Shown here: piece after piece, positions 9,045 to 21,740 of the stretch
Numbering within the stretch: the stretch's first letter is position 1
How the letters are laid out: every line of letters begins with the position of its first letter
From: Macrostomum lignano
Lineage: Eukaryota
Length of the DNA: 40,685 bases
Assembly (NCBI GenBank): GCA_002269645.1
Contig: NIVC01003845.1
Location: 1-40,685, forward strand
Reading direction: 5' to 3'
Notes under the pieces: generated by a model
What the model was told of the DNA's origin: nothing
Seen by the model: the letters and a program-made list of their open reading frames with translations, nothing else
The model's database searches: none
Made by a program: the position numbers and the translations under genes

Positions 9045-11190
9045 AAAACACATTCCTAAAGCATGGCTCTAGGTTAAAGATATAAAAGTAAAATATAGAT
9101 TAGCAATAAAAAAAAGAATTTTTTATAGTAAACAGTAAAAAAAAGTTTTTAATTTACATATTATCACTCTTGATGTTGATGTTGATATTAGGCAAAGCCT
9201 AATAATGACAATCGCTTAATGTCTCCAAAAAGGTTCTTTAAGACTTTAATTAATACATAAAAAATAATATCATAAAATATTAAAATATACTAAAATGCGT
9301 ATGGTATATTTTGATAAAAATCCTAGTTAGGTCGGAGCGCAAGCATAGACCGAGATAAGATGCAGTACCCAACCCACCACACATAAAATGCACAATTTCT
9401 GAATTGAAAATGGTGTAGAATAAAAACAGTACGTGCTAGGGACAAACAGTTTGTTAATAACTCATGATTTCTTCCTTCAAAATAGAAGATCATTACTTAA
9501 AATGCTTTACTATCTGGTATCAAGTAGATTGGTTAATACATTATGCCTATCATATAATTAACATATTTGCTTGCTATAAGCAAGAATAAGAATATAAGAT
9601 ATAACTATTAGATTAAGAATGGCCTTTTAACAATATTTTAGTGAAATTGATTTGAATTTGATTCCATAAAAAAGGAAATTAACACTATAATCTTTGATAT
9701 GATATGATCAGTATTGTTTTAACTTTCTGAAGTTGTTTAATCTAATAATTTTCTGGCTATTAACTTAATGAGGTCAAACTTTTATATAGGCCTAGCAAAA
9801 GTTACTACAGTAAAAAGACAAAAACTATTAAATAAATTGATTAACTGTCAGATTTTTCATTAAAGATACTAACAAAATAAAACACTAAAATATAATATTC
9901 AAGCCATCCTGTCTGTTGTACGAAAAACATCATAAATAGACACCGAATCATTAAAAAAATTGCAATGCAGGTGTAAACTCACTACAGGCGGCTTAGACAA
10001 GTACGCGCCTAATTCTGCACTGCAGCACTGTTGCAGAGTTTACTGATAACTTTTCGAGATCTTACGAAATTCAAGTTCCATCCTTAAATTGAAAGTTTCA
10101 AGGATTCACGAAAATAAAAAGAATTGGTTGAATCAAACGATTCAGCTTCGATTATTCGTGAATTAAAACAAAAGCACTCCCACAATATCAGACCGTTGCA
10201 AGTAATCATTTTACAGATGCTTTAAATTTCGTTTTTTAGCTGATTGATTCGTTTTTCTCACAGTAAGAAAAGAAAAAATTGTTGAATAATAGTGAGTCAT
10301 TTGGAATAATGCTCAGAAAATCATCATTCGTTCTATTTCTGTCGACAGGGATAAGAATAGCAACTGGGAAATTAAGTGGGGAAACCCAGAGATAGAAAGT
10401 CCATTTAAGGACAAGGGAGAACTGACAAATCGTTAGCTATAGAGAACTCCACACCTTCAGCCTCTTGCACATGTCCCGAGATGCGCGTCTAGTTGACCTA
10501 GTGCCTAAAAATGCACGCTGCTATATTGAATTTTTAGTCGACAAGCAAAATGTGCAGAAAAGTCGAATATCGCGTTATCCAATATACTAAAATCCTATAT
10601 ACTAAAAATGAGTTGTCTGTGGGTAGGTAGGTAGGTAGGTATGCGATAGATTTCAGAAAAAAATGGCTCAACCGATTTTCTTCAAACTTGCACCATTCGA
10701 TCAGAAATTTTCCTGGGACGGTACATGCATCTTGGCTAAGAAATTGCTCAATATTAAAGGGATTAAATATTCGAAAAACATGCTTTTTTGCAAAGGTCAA
10801 GCAGCTCTTTCGACCTGAAATGCATTGCAAGAATGCTAGAGAAAAAACTGACTGACTGAATTCCAATTGTGATAAAGATTGCATCACAACAAGTTGAAAA
10901 CAGTGCCGAAGAAATGCACACACGACTTGATTTAAATTGCGTAACCATATTGCTAACTTGAATTGAGACTGATACTGGCTGACTGAGAAATTGATTATGT
11001 CATAACTTTTTACTCCAATTGACTTGCTGTAAGAATTGAATTATAAGGGCCACAATTCATGTTCTCCAATTGAAAAGAGATAGCCCTGATGCGAACAGAC
11101 TGGAATGCTAATGTAGCGACCTGGGTTCGAATCTTAGTAGTACAAAAAGATTTTTTTATTAAAACACCTTAAAAACACAACAAAACTGCT

Positions 11191-14100
11191 AAACATCAAA
11201 GAAGCGCAATGTCAAACATAGAAGAGCCAACATATCGAACATAAAAGAGTTACCATATCAAACATAGAAGAGCCACCATGTCGAACATTAAAGAGCCACC
11301 ATGTAGAATATTGAAGAGCCACCATGAAGAACATTAAAGAGCCACCATGTCAAACATTTAAGAGCCACCCTGTCAAACATAAAAGAGCCACCATGTCGAA
11401 CATTTAAGAGCCACCCTGTCAAACATAAAAGAGCCACCATGTCGAACATAAAAGAGCCACCATGTCAAACATAAAAGAGCCGCCATGTCAAACATAAAAG
11501 AGCCACCATGTCAAACATAAAAGAGCCACCATGTCAAACATAAAAGAGCCACCATGTCGAACATAAAAGAGCCACCATGTCAAACATAAAAGAGCCACCA
11601 TTTCGAACATTAAAGAGCCACCATTTCGAACATTAAAGAGCCACCATTTTGAACATTTAAGAGCCACCATTTCGAACATTAAAGAGCCACCATTTCGAAC
11701 ATTAAAGAGCCACCATTTTGAACATTTAAGAGCCACCATGTCAAACAATTAGAAGCCACCATGTCAAACATTAAAGAGCCACCATGTCGAACATTTAAGA
11801 GCCACCATTTCGAACATTAAAGAGCCACCATGTCGAACATTAAAGAGCCACCATGTCAAACATTTAAGAGCCACCATGTCAAACATTAAAGAGCCACTTT
11901 GTCGAACATTAAAGAGCCACCATGTTAAACATAAAAGAGCCACCATGTCGAAAATAAAAGAGCCACCATGTCAAACATAAAGAACCACCATGTCAAACAT
12001 TTAGGAGCCACCATGTCAAACATATATGTGACTTTATGTCAAACATTAAAGAGTTACCATTTCAAACCTTAAAAAGCCACTATGTCGAACATTAAAGAGC
12101 CACCATGTCTAACATAAAAGAGCTATACCATGAAGAACATTAAAGAGCCACCATGTGGAACATAAAAGAGCCACCATGTAGAATATTAAAGAGCCACCAT
12201 GTCAAACATTTAAGAGCCACCATGTCGAACATTAAAGAGCCACTATGTCAAACATTTAAGAGCCACCATGTCAAACATATATGTGACTTTATGTCAAACA
12301 TTAAAGAGCCACCATGTCGAACATTAAAGAGCCACCATGTGAAACATTAAGGAGCCACCATGTCGAACATTAAAGGGCCACCATGTAGAACATAAAAGAG
12401 CCACCATGTCGAACATTAAAGAACCACCATGTCGAACATTAAAGAGCCACCATGTCAAACCTAAAAGAGCCACCATGTCGAACATTAAAGAGCCACCATG
12501 TCAAACATAAATCTGGCATGATGTCAAACATTAAAGTGCCACCATATCGAACATTAAAGAGCCACCATGTCTAACAGTAAAGAGCCACCATGTCGAACAT
12601 TAAAGGGCCACCATGTAGAACATTAAAGAACCACCATGTCGAACATTAAAGAGCCACCATGTCAAACCTAAAAGAGCCACCAAGTCGAACATTAAAGAGC
12701 CACCATGTCAAACATAAATCTGGCATGATGTCAAACATTAAAGTGCCACCATATCGAACATTAAAGAGCCAACATGTCAAACCTAAAAGAGCCACCATGT
12801 CGAACATTAAAGAGCCACCATGTCTAACATAAATCTGGCATGATGTCAAACATTAAAGTGCCACCGTATCGAACATTAAAGAGCCACCATGTCTAACAGT
12901 AAAGAGCCACTATGTCAAAAATTAAAGGACCACCATGTCGAACATTAAAGAGCCACCATGTCAAAAATAGAAGAGCCACCATGTCAAACATAGAAGAGCC
13001 ACCATGTCTAACATTAAAGAGCCACTATGTCGAACATTAAAGAGCCACCATGTCTGACATAAAAGAGCCACTATTTTGAACATTAAAAGCCACCATTTCG
13101 AACATTAAAGAGCCACCATGTCGAACATAAAAGAGCCACCATGTCAATCATTAAAGAGCCACCATGTCAAACATAAAAGAGCCACCATTTTGAACATAAA
13201 AGAGCCAACATGTCAGACATTAAAAAAGCCACCGTATCAGATATAAGAGTTACTATGTAGAACAAAAAAGAGCCACCATTTCGAACAAAAAAGAGCCACC
13301 ATGTCAAACATGAAAGAGCCACCATGTCAAACACAAAAGAGCCAACATGTCAAACATAAAGAGCCACCATATCAAACATTTAAGAGCCACCCTGTCGAAT
13401 ATCAAAGAGCCACCATGTCGAACATTAAAGAGCCACCATGTCTAACATTAAAAGTCACCATGTTAAACATTAAAGAGCCACCATATCAAGCATAAAAGAG
13501 CCACCATGTCAAACCAAAAAGAGCCACCATGTCGAAAATTTAAGAGCTAAAATGTAGAATATAAAAGAGCCACCATGTCAAACCTAAAAGAGCCACCATG
13601 TCGAACACTTAAGAGCCACAATGTAAAACATTAAAGAGCCACCATGTAAAACAAAAGAGCCACCATGTTAAACATAAAAGAGCCACCATGTAGAATATTA
13701 AAGAGCCACTATGTTGAACATTAAAGAGCCATCATACTGAACATTAAACAGCCACCATGTCAAACCTAAAAGAGCTACCATGTCAACATAAAAGAGCTAC
13801 CATGTCAAACATTAAACAGCCATCATGTCAAACCTAAAAGATCCACCATTTCGAACACTTAAGAGCCACAATGTAGAATATTAAAGAGCCACCATGTCAA
13901 ACAAAAGAGCCACCATTTCTAACATTAAAGAGCCACCATGTCAAACATTTAAGAGCCACCATGTCAATTATATATGTGTCTTTATGTCATACATTAAAGA
14001 GCCACCATTTCGAACATTAAGGAGCCACCATGTCAAACATTTAAAAGCCACCTTGTCAAACATTAAATAGCCACTTTGTCGAACATTAAAGGGCCACTGT

Positions 14101-14275
14101 GTCAAACATAAAAGAGCCACCAGGTTAAACATTAAAGAGCCACCATGTCAAACAATAAAGAGCCACCATGTCAAACATAAAAGAGCCACCATGTCAGACA
14201 TTAAAAAGCCATTGTTTCAAACATAAAAGAGTTGCCATGTAGAACATAAAAGAGCCACCATGTCAAACATAAAAT
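11191..14275 (+). repeat. 23-bp satellite array, consensus GAGCCACCATGTC(A/G)AACAT(T/A)AAA
   Basis: Direct tandem repetition over ~3.1 kb with moderately diverged monomers. Confidence 0.95.
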
Positions 14276-14361
14276 TTACACAATTTCAAACGTAAAAGTA
14301 AGCGAATTTTAAAGGAGCCACTATAATGCTAAGGAAATTGTCGCACTAGCTACTTATTGTC

Positions 14362-14792
14362 TGGTGGATGCTTGCTATTTGGGGATGCTATCTATGTAGG
14401 GGATGCTTGCTATCTGGGGGATGCTTGCTATCTGGGGGATGCTTGCTATCTGGGGGATGCTTGTTATCTGGGGGATGCTTGCTATCTGAGGGATGCTTGC
14501 TATCTGGGGGATGCTTGCTATCTGGGGGATGCTTGCTATCTGAGGGATGCTTGCTATCTGGGGATGCTTGCTATCTGGGGGATGGTTGCTATCTAGGGGA
14601 TGCTTGCTATCTGGGGGATGCTTGCTATCTGGGGGATGCTTGCTATCCGGGGGTTGCTTGCAATCTGGAGGATGCTTGCTATCTGGGGGATGCTTGCTAT
14701 CTGGGGATGCTTGCTATCTGGGGGATGCTTGCTATCCGGGGTTGCTTGCAATCTGGAGGATGCTTGCTATCTGGGGGATGCTTGCTGTCTTG
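14362..14792 (+). repeat. 18-bp minisatellite GGGGGATGCTTGCTATCT
   Basis: Tandem copies with variable G-run; explains the spurious GDACYL/GGCLLS ORFs. Confidence 0.95.
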
Positions 14793-15550
14793 GAATGATT
14801 TCTTTTTGCATTGCACTTCCTTTGAGTATTTTGTCTGTTTTCTTTGCGAAGGCTTTTTTGGCTATCTTTTTGTTACTTGTAGAGAACAGAGGTTCTATAC
14901 AGATGTCCCCCAACGGGGGGCGAAGATTGCTAGTCCTATATACTAAAAATGAAAATCTTGCTTGCTTGCTTGCTTGCTTGTAATCGATTAGAGAAAAAAT
15001 GGCTTAACCGATTTTCATGAGACTTGCACTGTTCGATCAGAAATTTTCCCGTGACGGTACATGCATCTTGGCTAAGAAATTGCTCCATGTTAAAGGGATT
15101 AAATATTCGAAAAACATGCTTTTTTGCAAAGGTCAAGCAAACTTTTCGACTTGAAATGCATTGTAAGAATGCTAGAGAAAAAACTGACTGGTTGAATTCT
15201 GATTCTGAAATAGATTGCATCATAAATGAATTGTAACTCCGACTTGAATTGCGTCACAGTATTGAAAATGCAGTGTGGAAGCGTAGCACCAGACGTGATT
15301 TAGATTGCGTAACCATATTGTCAACTTTAATTGAGACTGATACTGACTTGCCTGGGAAATTGATTATGTCATAACTGCTTCGTTAGTGAGTGTTGAATTA
15401 TATAAGTGCTACAATCTCATTTATAAATTCAATAATAGCTAGCCTAGATGTGAACAGACTAGACTGCAAATGCAGCGACCTGGGTTCGAATCTTAGTAGT
15501 GAAAAGTTTTTTTATTAAAAGCTTTTATTAAAGGACAAATAAAGGACAAA

Positions 15551-18500
15551 AGGCGTCATGTAAAAAAGCATAGAAGCGTCATGTAAACAATCATTGAAGC
15601 GTCATGTAAAAATCATAGAAGCGTCATGTAAACAATCATAGAAGCGTCATGTAAAAAATCATAGAAGCGTCATGTAAACAATCATAGAAGCGTCATGTAA
15701 AAAATCATAGAAGCGTCATGTAAAAAATCATAGAAGCGTCATGTAAAAAATCATAGAAGCGTCATGTAAACAATCATAGAAGCGTCATTTAAAAAATCAT
15801 AGAAGCGTCATGTAAAAATCATAGAGTTTAAAAGATCATAGAAGCGTCATGTAAAAAATCATAGAAGCGTCCTGTAAAAAATCATAGAAGCGTCATGTAA
15901 AAAATCATAGAAGCGTCATGTAAACAATCATAGAAGCGTCATGTAAAAAATCATAGAAGCGTCATGTAAACAATCATAGAAGCGTCATGTAAACAATCAT
16001 AGAAGCGTCATGTAAACAATCATAGAAGCGTCATGTAAAAAATCATAGAAGCGTCATGTAAACAATCATAGAAGCGTCATGTAAAAAATCATAGAAGCGT
16101 CATGTAAACAATCATAGAAGCGTCATGTAAAAAATCATAGAAGCGTCATGTAAACAATCATAGAAGCGTCATGTAAAAAATCATAGAAGCGTCATGTAAA
16201 CAATCATAGAGTTTAAAAGATGATAGAAGCGTCATGTAAAAAATCATAGAAGCGTCATGTAAAAATCATAGAAGCGTCATGTAAAAAATCATAGAAGCGT
16301 CATGTAAAAAATCATAGAAGCGTCATGTAAACAATCATAGAAGCGTCATGTAAACAATCATAGAAGCGTCATGTAAACAATCATAGAAGCGTCATGTAAA
16401 AATCATAGAAGCGTCATGTAAACAATCATAGAAGCGTCATGTAAAAAATCATAGAAGCGTCATGTAAAAAATCATAGAAGCGTCATGTAAAAAATCATAG
16501 AAGCGTCATGTAAACAATCATAGAAGCGTCATGTAAAAAATCATAGAAGTGTCATGTAAAAATCATAGAGTTTAAAAGATCATAGAAGCGTCATGTAAAA
16601 AATCATAGAAGCGTCATGTAAACAATCATAGAAGCGTCATGTAAACAATCATAGAAGCGTCATGTAAACAATCATAGAAGCGTCATGTAAACAATCATAG
16701 AAGCGTCATGTAAAAAATCATAGAAGCGTCATGTAAACAATCATAGAAGCGTCATGTAAAAAATCATAGAAGCGTCATGTAAACAATCATAGAAGCGTCA
16801 TTTAAAAAATCATAGAAGCGTCGTTTAAAAAATCATAGAAGCGTCATGTAAACAATCATAGAAGCGTCATGTAAAAAATCATAGAAGCGTCATGTAAACA
16901 ATCATAGAAGCGTCATGTAAAAAATCATAGAAGCGTCATGTAAACAATCATAGAAGCGTCATGTAAAAAATCATAGAAGCGTCATGTAAAAAATCATAGA
17001 AGCGTCATGTAAAAAATCATAGAAGCGTCATGTAAACAATCATAGAAGCGTCATGTAAACAATCATAGAAGCGTCATGTAAACAATCATAGAAGCGTCAT
17101 GTAAACAATCATAGAAGCGTCATGTAAAAAATCATAGAAGCGTCATGTAAACAATCATAGAAGCGTCATGTAAAAAATCATAGAAGCGTCATGTAAACAA
17201 TCATAAAAGCGTCATTTAAAAAATCATAGAAGCGTCGTTTAAAAAATCATAGAAGCGTCATGTAAACAATCATAGAAGCGTCATGTAAAAAATCATAGAA
17301 GCGTCATGTAAAAATCATAGAAGCGTCATGTAAAAAATCATAGAAGCGTCATGTAAACAATCATAGAAGCGTCATGTAAAAAATCATAGAAGCGTCATGT
17401 AAACAATCATAGAAGCGTCATGTAAAAAATCATAGAAGCGTCATGTAAACAATCATAGAAGCGTCATGTAAAAAATCATAGAAGCGTCATGTAAACAATC
17501 ATAGAAGCGTCATGTAAAAATCATAGAAGCGTCATGTAAAAAATCATAGAAGCGTCATGTAAAAAATCATAGAAGCGTCATGTAAACAATCATAGAGTTT
17601 AAAATGATAGAAGCGTCATGTAAAAAATCATAGAAGCGTCATGTAAAAATCATAGAAGCGTCATGTAAAAAATCATAGAAGCGTCATGTAAAAAATCATA
17701 GAAGCGTCATGTAAACAATCATAGAAGCGTCATGTAAACAATCATAGAAGCGTCATGTAAACAATCATAGAAGCGTCATGTAAAAATCATAGAAGCGTCA
17801 TGTAAACAATCATAGAAGCGTCATGTAAAAAATCATAGAAGCGTCATGTAAAAAATCATAGAAGCGTCATGTAAAAAATCATAGAAGCGTCATGTAAACA
17901 ATCATAGAAGCGTCATGTAAAAAATCATAGAAGCGTCATGTAAAAATCATAGAGTTGTAAAAATCATAGAAGCGTCATGTAAAAATCATAGAAGCGTCAT
18001 GTAAACAATCATAGAAGCGTCATGTAAACAATCATAGAAGCGTCATGTAAACAATCATAGAAGCGTCATGTAAACAATCATAGAAGCGTCATGTAAAAAA
18101 TCATAGAAGCGTCATGTAAAAAATCATAGAAGCGTCATGTAAACAATCATAGAAGCGTCATTAAAAAATCATAGAAGCGTCATGTAAACAATCATAGAAG
18201 CGTCATGTAAAAAATCATAGAAGCGTCATGTAAAAATCATAGAAGCGTCATGTAAAAATCATAGAAGCGTCATGTAAAAATCATAGAAGCGTCATGTAAA
18301 AAATCATAGAAGCGTCATGTAAACAATCATAGAAGCGTCATGTAAAAAATCATAGAAGCGTCATGTAAAAATCATAGAAGCGTCATGTAAAAAATCATAG
18401 AAGCGTCATGTAAACAATCATAGAAGCGTCATGTAAAAATCATAGAAGCGTCATGTAAACAATCATAGAAGCGTCATGTAAAAAATCATAGAAGCGTCAT

Positions 18501-20025
18501 GTAAAAAATCATAGAAGCGTCATGTAAAAAATCATAGAAGCGTCATGTAAACAATCATAGAAGCGTCATGTAAAAATCATAGAAGCGTCATGTAAAAAAT
18601 CATAGAAGCGTCATGTAAAAAATCATAGAAGCGTCATGTAAAAAATCATAGAAGCGTCATGTAAAAAATCATAGAAGCGTCATGTAAACAATCATAGAAG
18701 CGTCATGTAAAAATCATAGAAGCGTCATGTAAACAATCATAGAAGCGTCATGTAAAAAATCATAGAAGCGTCATGTAAAAATCATAGAAGCGTCATGTAA
18801 AAAATCATAGAAGCGTCATGTAAAAATCATAGAAGCGTCATGTAAACAATCATAGAAGCGTCATGTAAAAATCATAGAAGCGTCATGTAAACAATCATAG
18901 AGTTTAAAAATCATAGAAGCGTCATGTAAAAATCATAGAAGCGTCATGTAAAAAATCATAGAAGCGTCATGTAAAAAATCATAGAAGCGTCATGTAAAAA
19001 ATCATAGAAGCGTCATGTAAACAATCATAGAAGCGTCATGTAAAAATCATAGAAGCGTCATGTAAACAATCATAGAAGCGTCATGTAAAAAATCATAGAA
19101 GCGTCATGTAAACAATCATAGAAGCGTCATGTAAAAATCATAGAAGCGTCATGTAAAAATCATAGAAGCGTCATGTAAAAAATCATGGAAGCGTCATGTA
19201 AACAATCATAGAAGCGTCATGTAAAAAATCATAGAAGCGTCATGTAAAAATCATAGAGTTAAAAATCATAGAAGCGTCATGTAAAAAATCATAGAAGCGT
19301 CATGTAAACAATCATAGAAGCGTCATGTAAAAATCATAGAAGCGTCATGTAAAAATCATAGAAGCGTCATGTAAACAATCATAGAAGCGTCATGTAAAAA
19401 TCATAGAAGCGTCATGTAAACAATCATAGAAGCGTCATGTAAAAATCATAGAAGCGTCATGTAAAAATCATAGAAGCGTCATGTAAAAAATCATAGAAGC
19501 GTCATGTAAAAATCATAGAAGCGTCATGTAAAAAATCATAGAAGGTCATGTAAAAATCATAGAAGCGTCATGTAAACAATCATAGAAGCGTCATGTAAAC
19601 AATCATAGAAGCGTCATGTAAAAAATCATAGAAGCGTCATGTAAAAAATCATAGAAGCGTCATGTAAAAATCATAGAAGCGTCATGTAAAAATCATAGAA
19701 GCGTCATGTAAACAATCATAGAAGCGTCATGTAAAAATCATAGAAGCGTCATGTAAAAAATCATAGAAGCGTCATGTAAAAATCATAGAAGCGTCATGTA
19801 AAAAATCATAGAAGCGTCATGTAAAAATCATAGAAGCGTCATGTAAACAATCATAGAAGCGTCATGTAAAAATCATAGAAGCGTCATGTAAACAATCATA
19901 GAAGCGTCATGTAAAAAAGAAGAAGTGTCATTAAAGAAGCGTCATGGAAAAAAAAGAAGCGTCATGTAACGAAGCGTCATGTCAGAAGCGTCATGAAAGA
20001 AGTGTAAAGAAGCGTCATGTAAAAA
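15551..20025 (+). repeat. 23-bp satellite array GAAGCGTCATGTAAA(C/A)AATCATA, highly homogeneous
   Basis: ~4.5 kb of tandem monomers, with 22-bp variants arising from A-run length. Confidence 0.97.
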
Positions 20026-20858
20026 TTAAAAGAAGCTATTGTGCTGTGCTGGGGAGACTTACTGAGATGTCAAGGCTTACGGAGAAAAACTGAGATTACG
20101 GGGGGGGGGGTTTCTGAGCTGTCAAAGCAAAAGTCAGAAACTACTTCAAACTTCATGTACTTTCCTCAATTTTTTATTACATTCTTTGTTGGCTCGCCAC
20201 GGGGGGCGCTGATAGAAGAAGAGTCATGTGAAAAAGAAAAGAAGCACTATGTATACATAAAAGAAAAGTCATGTCGAAGTTAAAAGATTCATTTGGGAAT
20301 TGCTACGATGTCAAGGCTTGGAGGGAATCGTTATAGTGCTGTGATTCTTAAAGAAGGAATCACTAAAATGTCAAGGCTTAGGGGAGAAGAATTGCTGAGA
20401 TTTCAAGGCTTTAGGTTGGGTTAAAGTTAGGTTTAGGTCAGGTTTGGGTTGAGGGTTAGATTTTAGCGGGTTTCAAGGTTAACAGGGGATTTTTCAGATA
20501 TCAAGGTTTATGGGGGGCATTCCTGACATGTCAAGGCCAACGGGGGGAATAGCTGAGATTTCAAGGCTCATGGGGGAATAAATGAGATGTCAAGGCTAAA
20601 GTCAGAAGCAAGGACTACTTAAGTAGTCCTTGGTCAGAAGCTACATGTAGTCTATTGAAAACTTTTTTTCAATATTTGTTGGCTCCTCACGGGAGGGATC
20701 GCTGATAGAAAAAGCGTAATGTAAAAAATAAAAGAAGCTTCATGTCGAAGTTAAGAGATTCATTTGGGAATCCCTACGATGTCGAGGCTTCCAGGGAATC
20801 GCTATAATGCTGTAGTGCTATAATGACTGTTGGAGAGAATTACTGAAATGTCAATGCT

Positions 20859-20916
20859 TTAGGGTTAGGGTTAGAGTTAGGGTTAGGGCTAGGGTTAGGG
20901 CTAGGGTTAGGGTTAG
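20859..20916 (+). repeat. Interstitial telomere-like (TTAGGG)n tract in the tail of B
   Basis: About 10 TTAGGG/CTAGGG units; a more degenerate tract lies at ~20411-20460. Confidence 0.85.
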
Positions 20917-21740
20917 AAGGTTGACAGATTTTTTAAGATTTCAAGGCTTATGGGGCATTGCTAAGATGTCAAGGGGATTGATATGCTAAGGCTTGTGGGG
21001 GGATTTTCTGACATGTCAAGGCTTACAAGGTATAATGCAAAGAGACGCTTACATGTAGTTTATTAAAAAAACTTGTACTGCATTTTTTTGGCTCCCCAAC
21101 GGGGGGCGCTGATTGCTAGTCTAAATATACTAAAAATGGTCTGTCTGTGTCTATCTATCTATGTGATCGATTAGAGAAAAAATGGCTGGACCGATTTTGT
21201 TCGAACTTGCACTGTTCGATCAAAAATTTTCCCGTGACTGTACATGCATCGTGGCTAAGAAATTGCTCGATGCTAAAGGCATTAAATATTCGAAAAACAT
21301 GCTTTTTTGCAAAGGTCAAGCAGCTCTTTCGACTTGAAATGCATTGTAAGAATGCTAGAGAAAAAACTGACTGGTTGAATTCTGATTCTGAAATAGATTG
21401 CATCATGACTGAATTGTAACTCCGACTTGAATTGAAAATGCAGTGTGGAAGCGTAGCACCAGACTTGATTTAAATTGCGTAACCATATTGTTAACTGATA
21501 CCGACTGACTGAAAAACTGATTATGTCATAACTGCTTCGTGTGATTTACTCTATGCTTGGATTTTAAAGTGTTGAATTATATAAGTGCAAAATTTGATGT
21601 TATCAAAACGATGAGAGCTAGCCTAGAGGTAAACAGACTGAACTGCTAAATGCAGAAACGATGGTTCGAATTTTCATAGAGTATAATTTTTTTTAATTGA
21701 AGCTTTTCAACGTCAGGAAAACTAAAAGACTTTTTAAAAA

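Larger units (their letters stand above)
10593..14933 (+). mobile_element. Non-autonomous Helitron-like element A
   Basis: 5' A|TCCTATATACTAAAAATG, (GGTA)5 microsatellite, ~550 bp head shared with B and C, 3' hairpin CCCCC-AAC-GGGGG (14907-14919), then GATTGCTAG. Confidence 0.8.
14934..21119 (+). mobile_element. Non-autonomous Helitron-like element B
   Basis: Starts TCCTATATACTAAAAATG directly after the CTAG of A, has (CTTG)6 and the conserved head, and ends with hairpin GCTCCCC-AAC-GGGGGGC (21091-21107) plus GATTGCTAG. Confidence 0.82.

Noticed and set aside
10465-10493. Possible older Helitron 3' end (weak hairpin plus CTAG|T at 10489-10493)
   Set aside because: The stem is short and mismatched, and no matching 5' end was identified.
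11488-14983. Repetitive ORFs such as MFDMVALKC..., GDACYL... and GGCLLS...
   Set aside because: They are translations of the 23-bp and 18-bp tandem repeats, with no independent coding signal.
10534-21419. Three similar short ORFs (..LRNCSMLKGLNIRKTCFFAKVKQ..) in the Helitron heads
   Set aside because: Similarity reflects the shared DNA head; frames, starts and stops differ between copies, and no Rep/helicase motifs are present.
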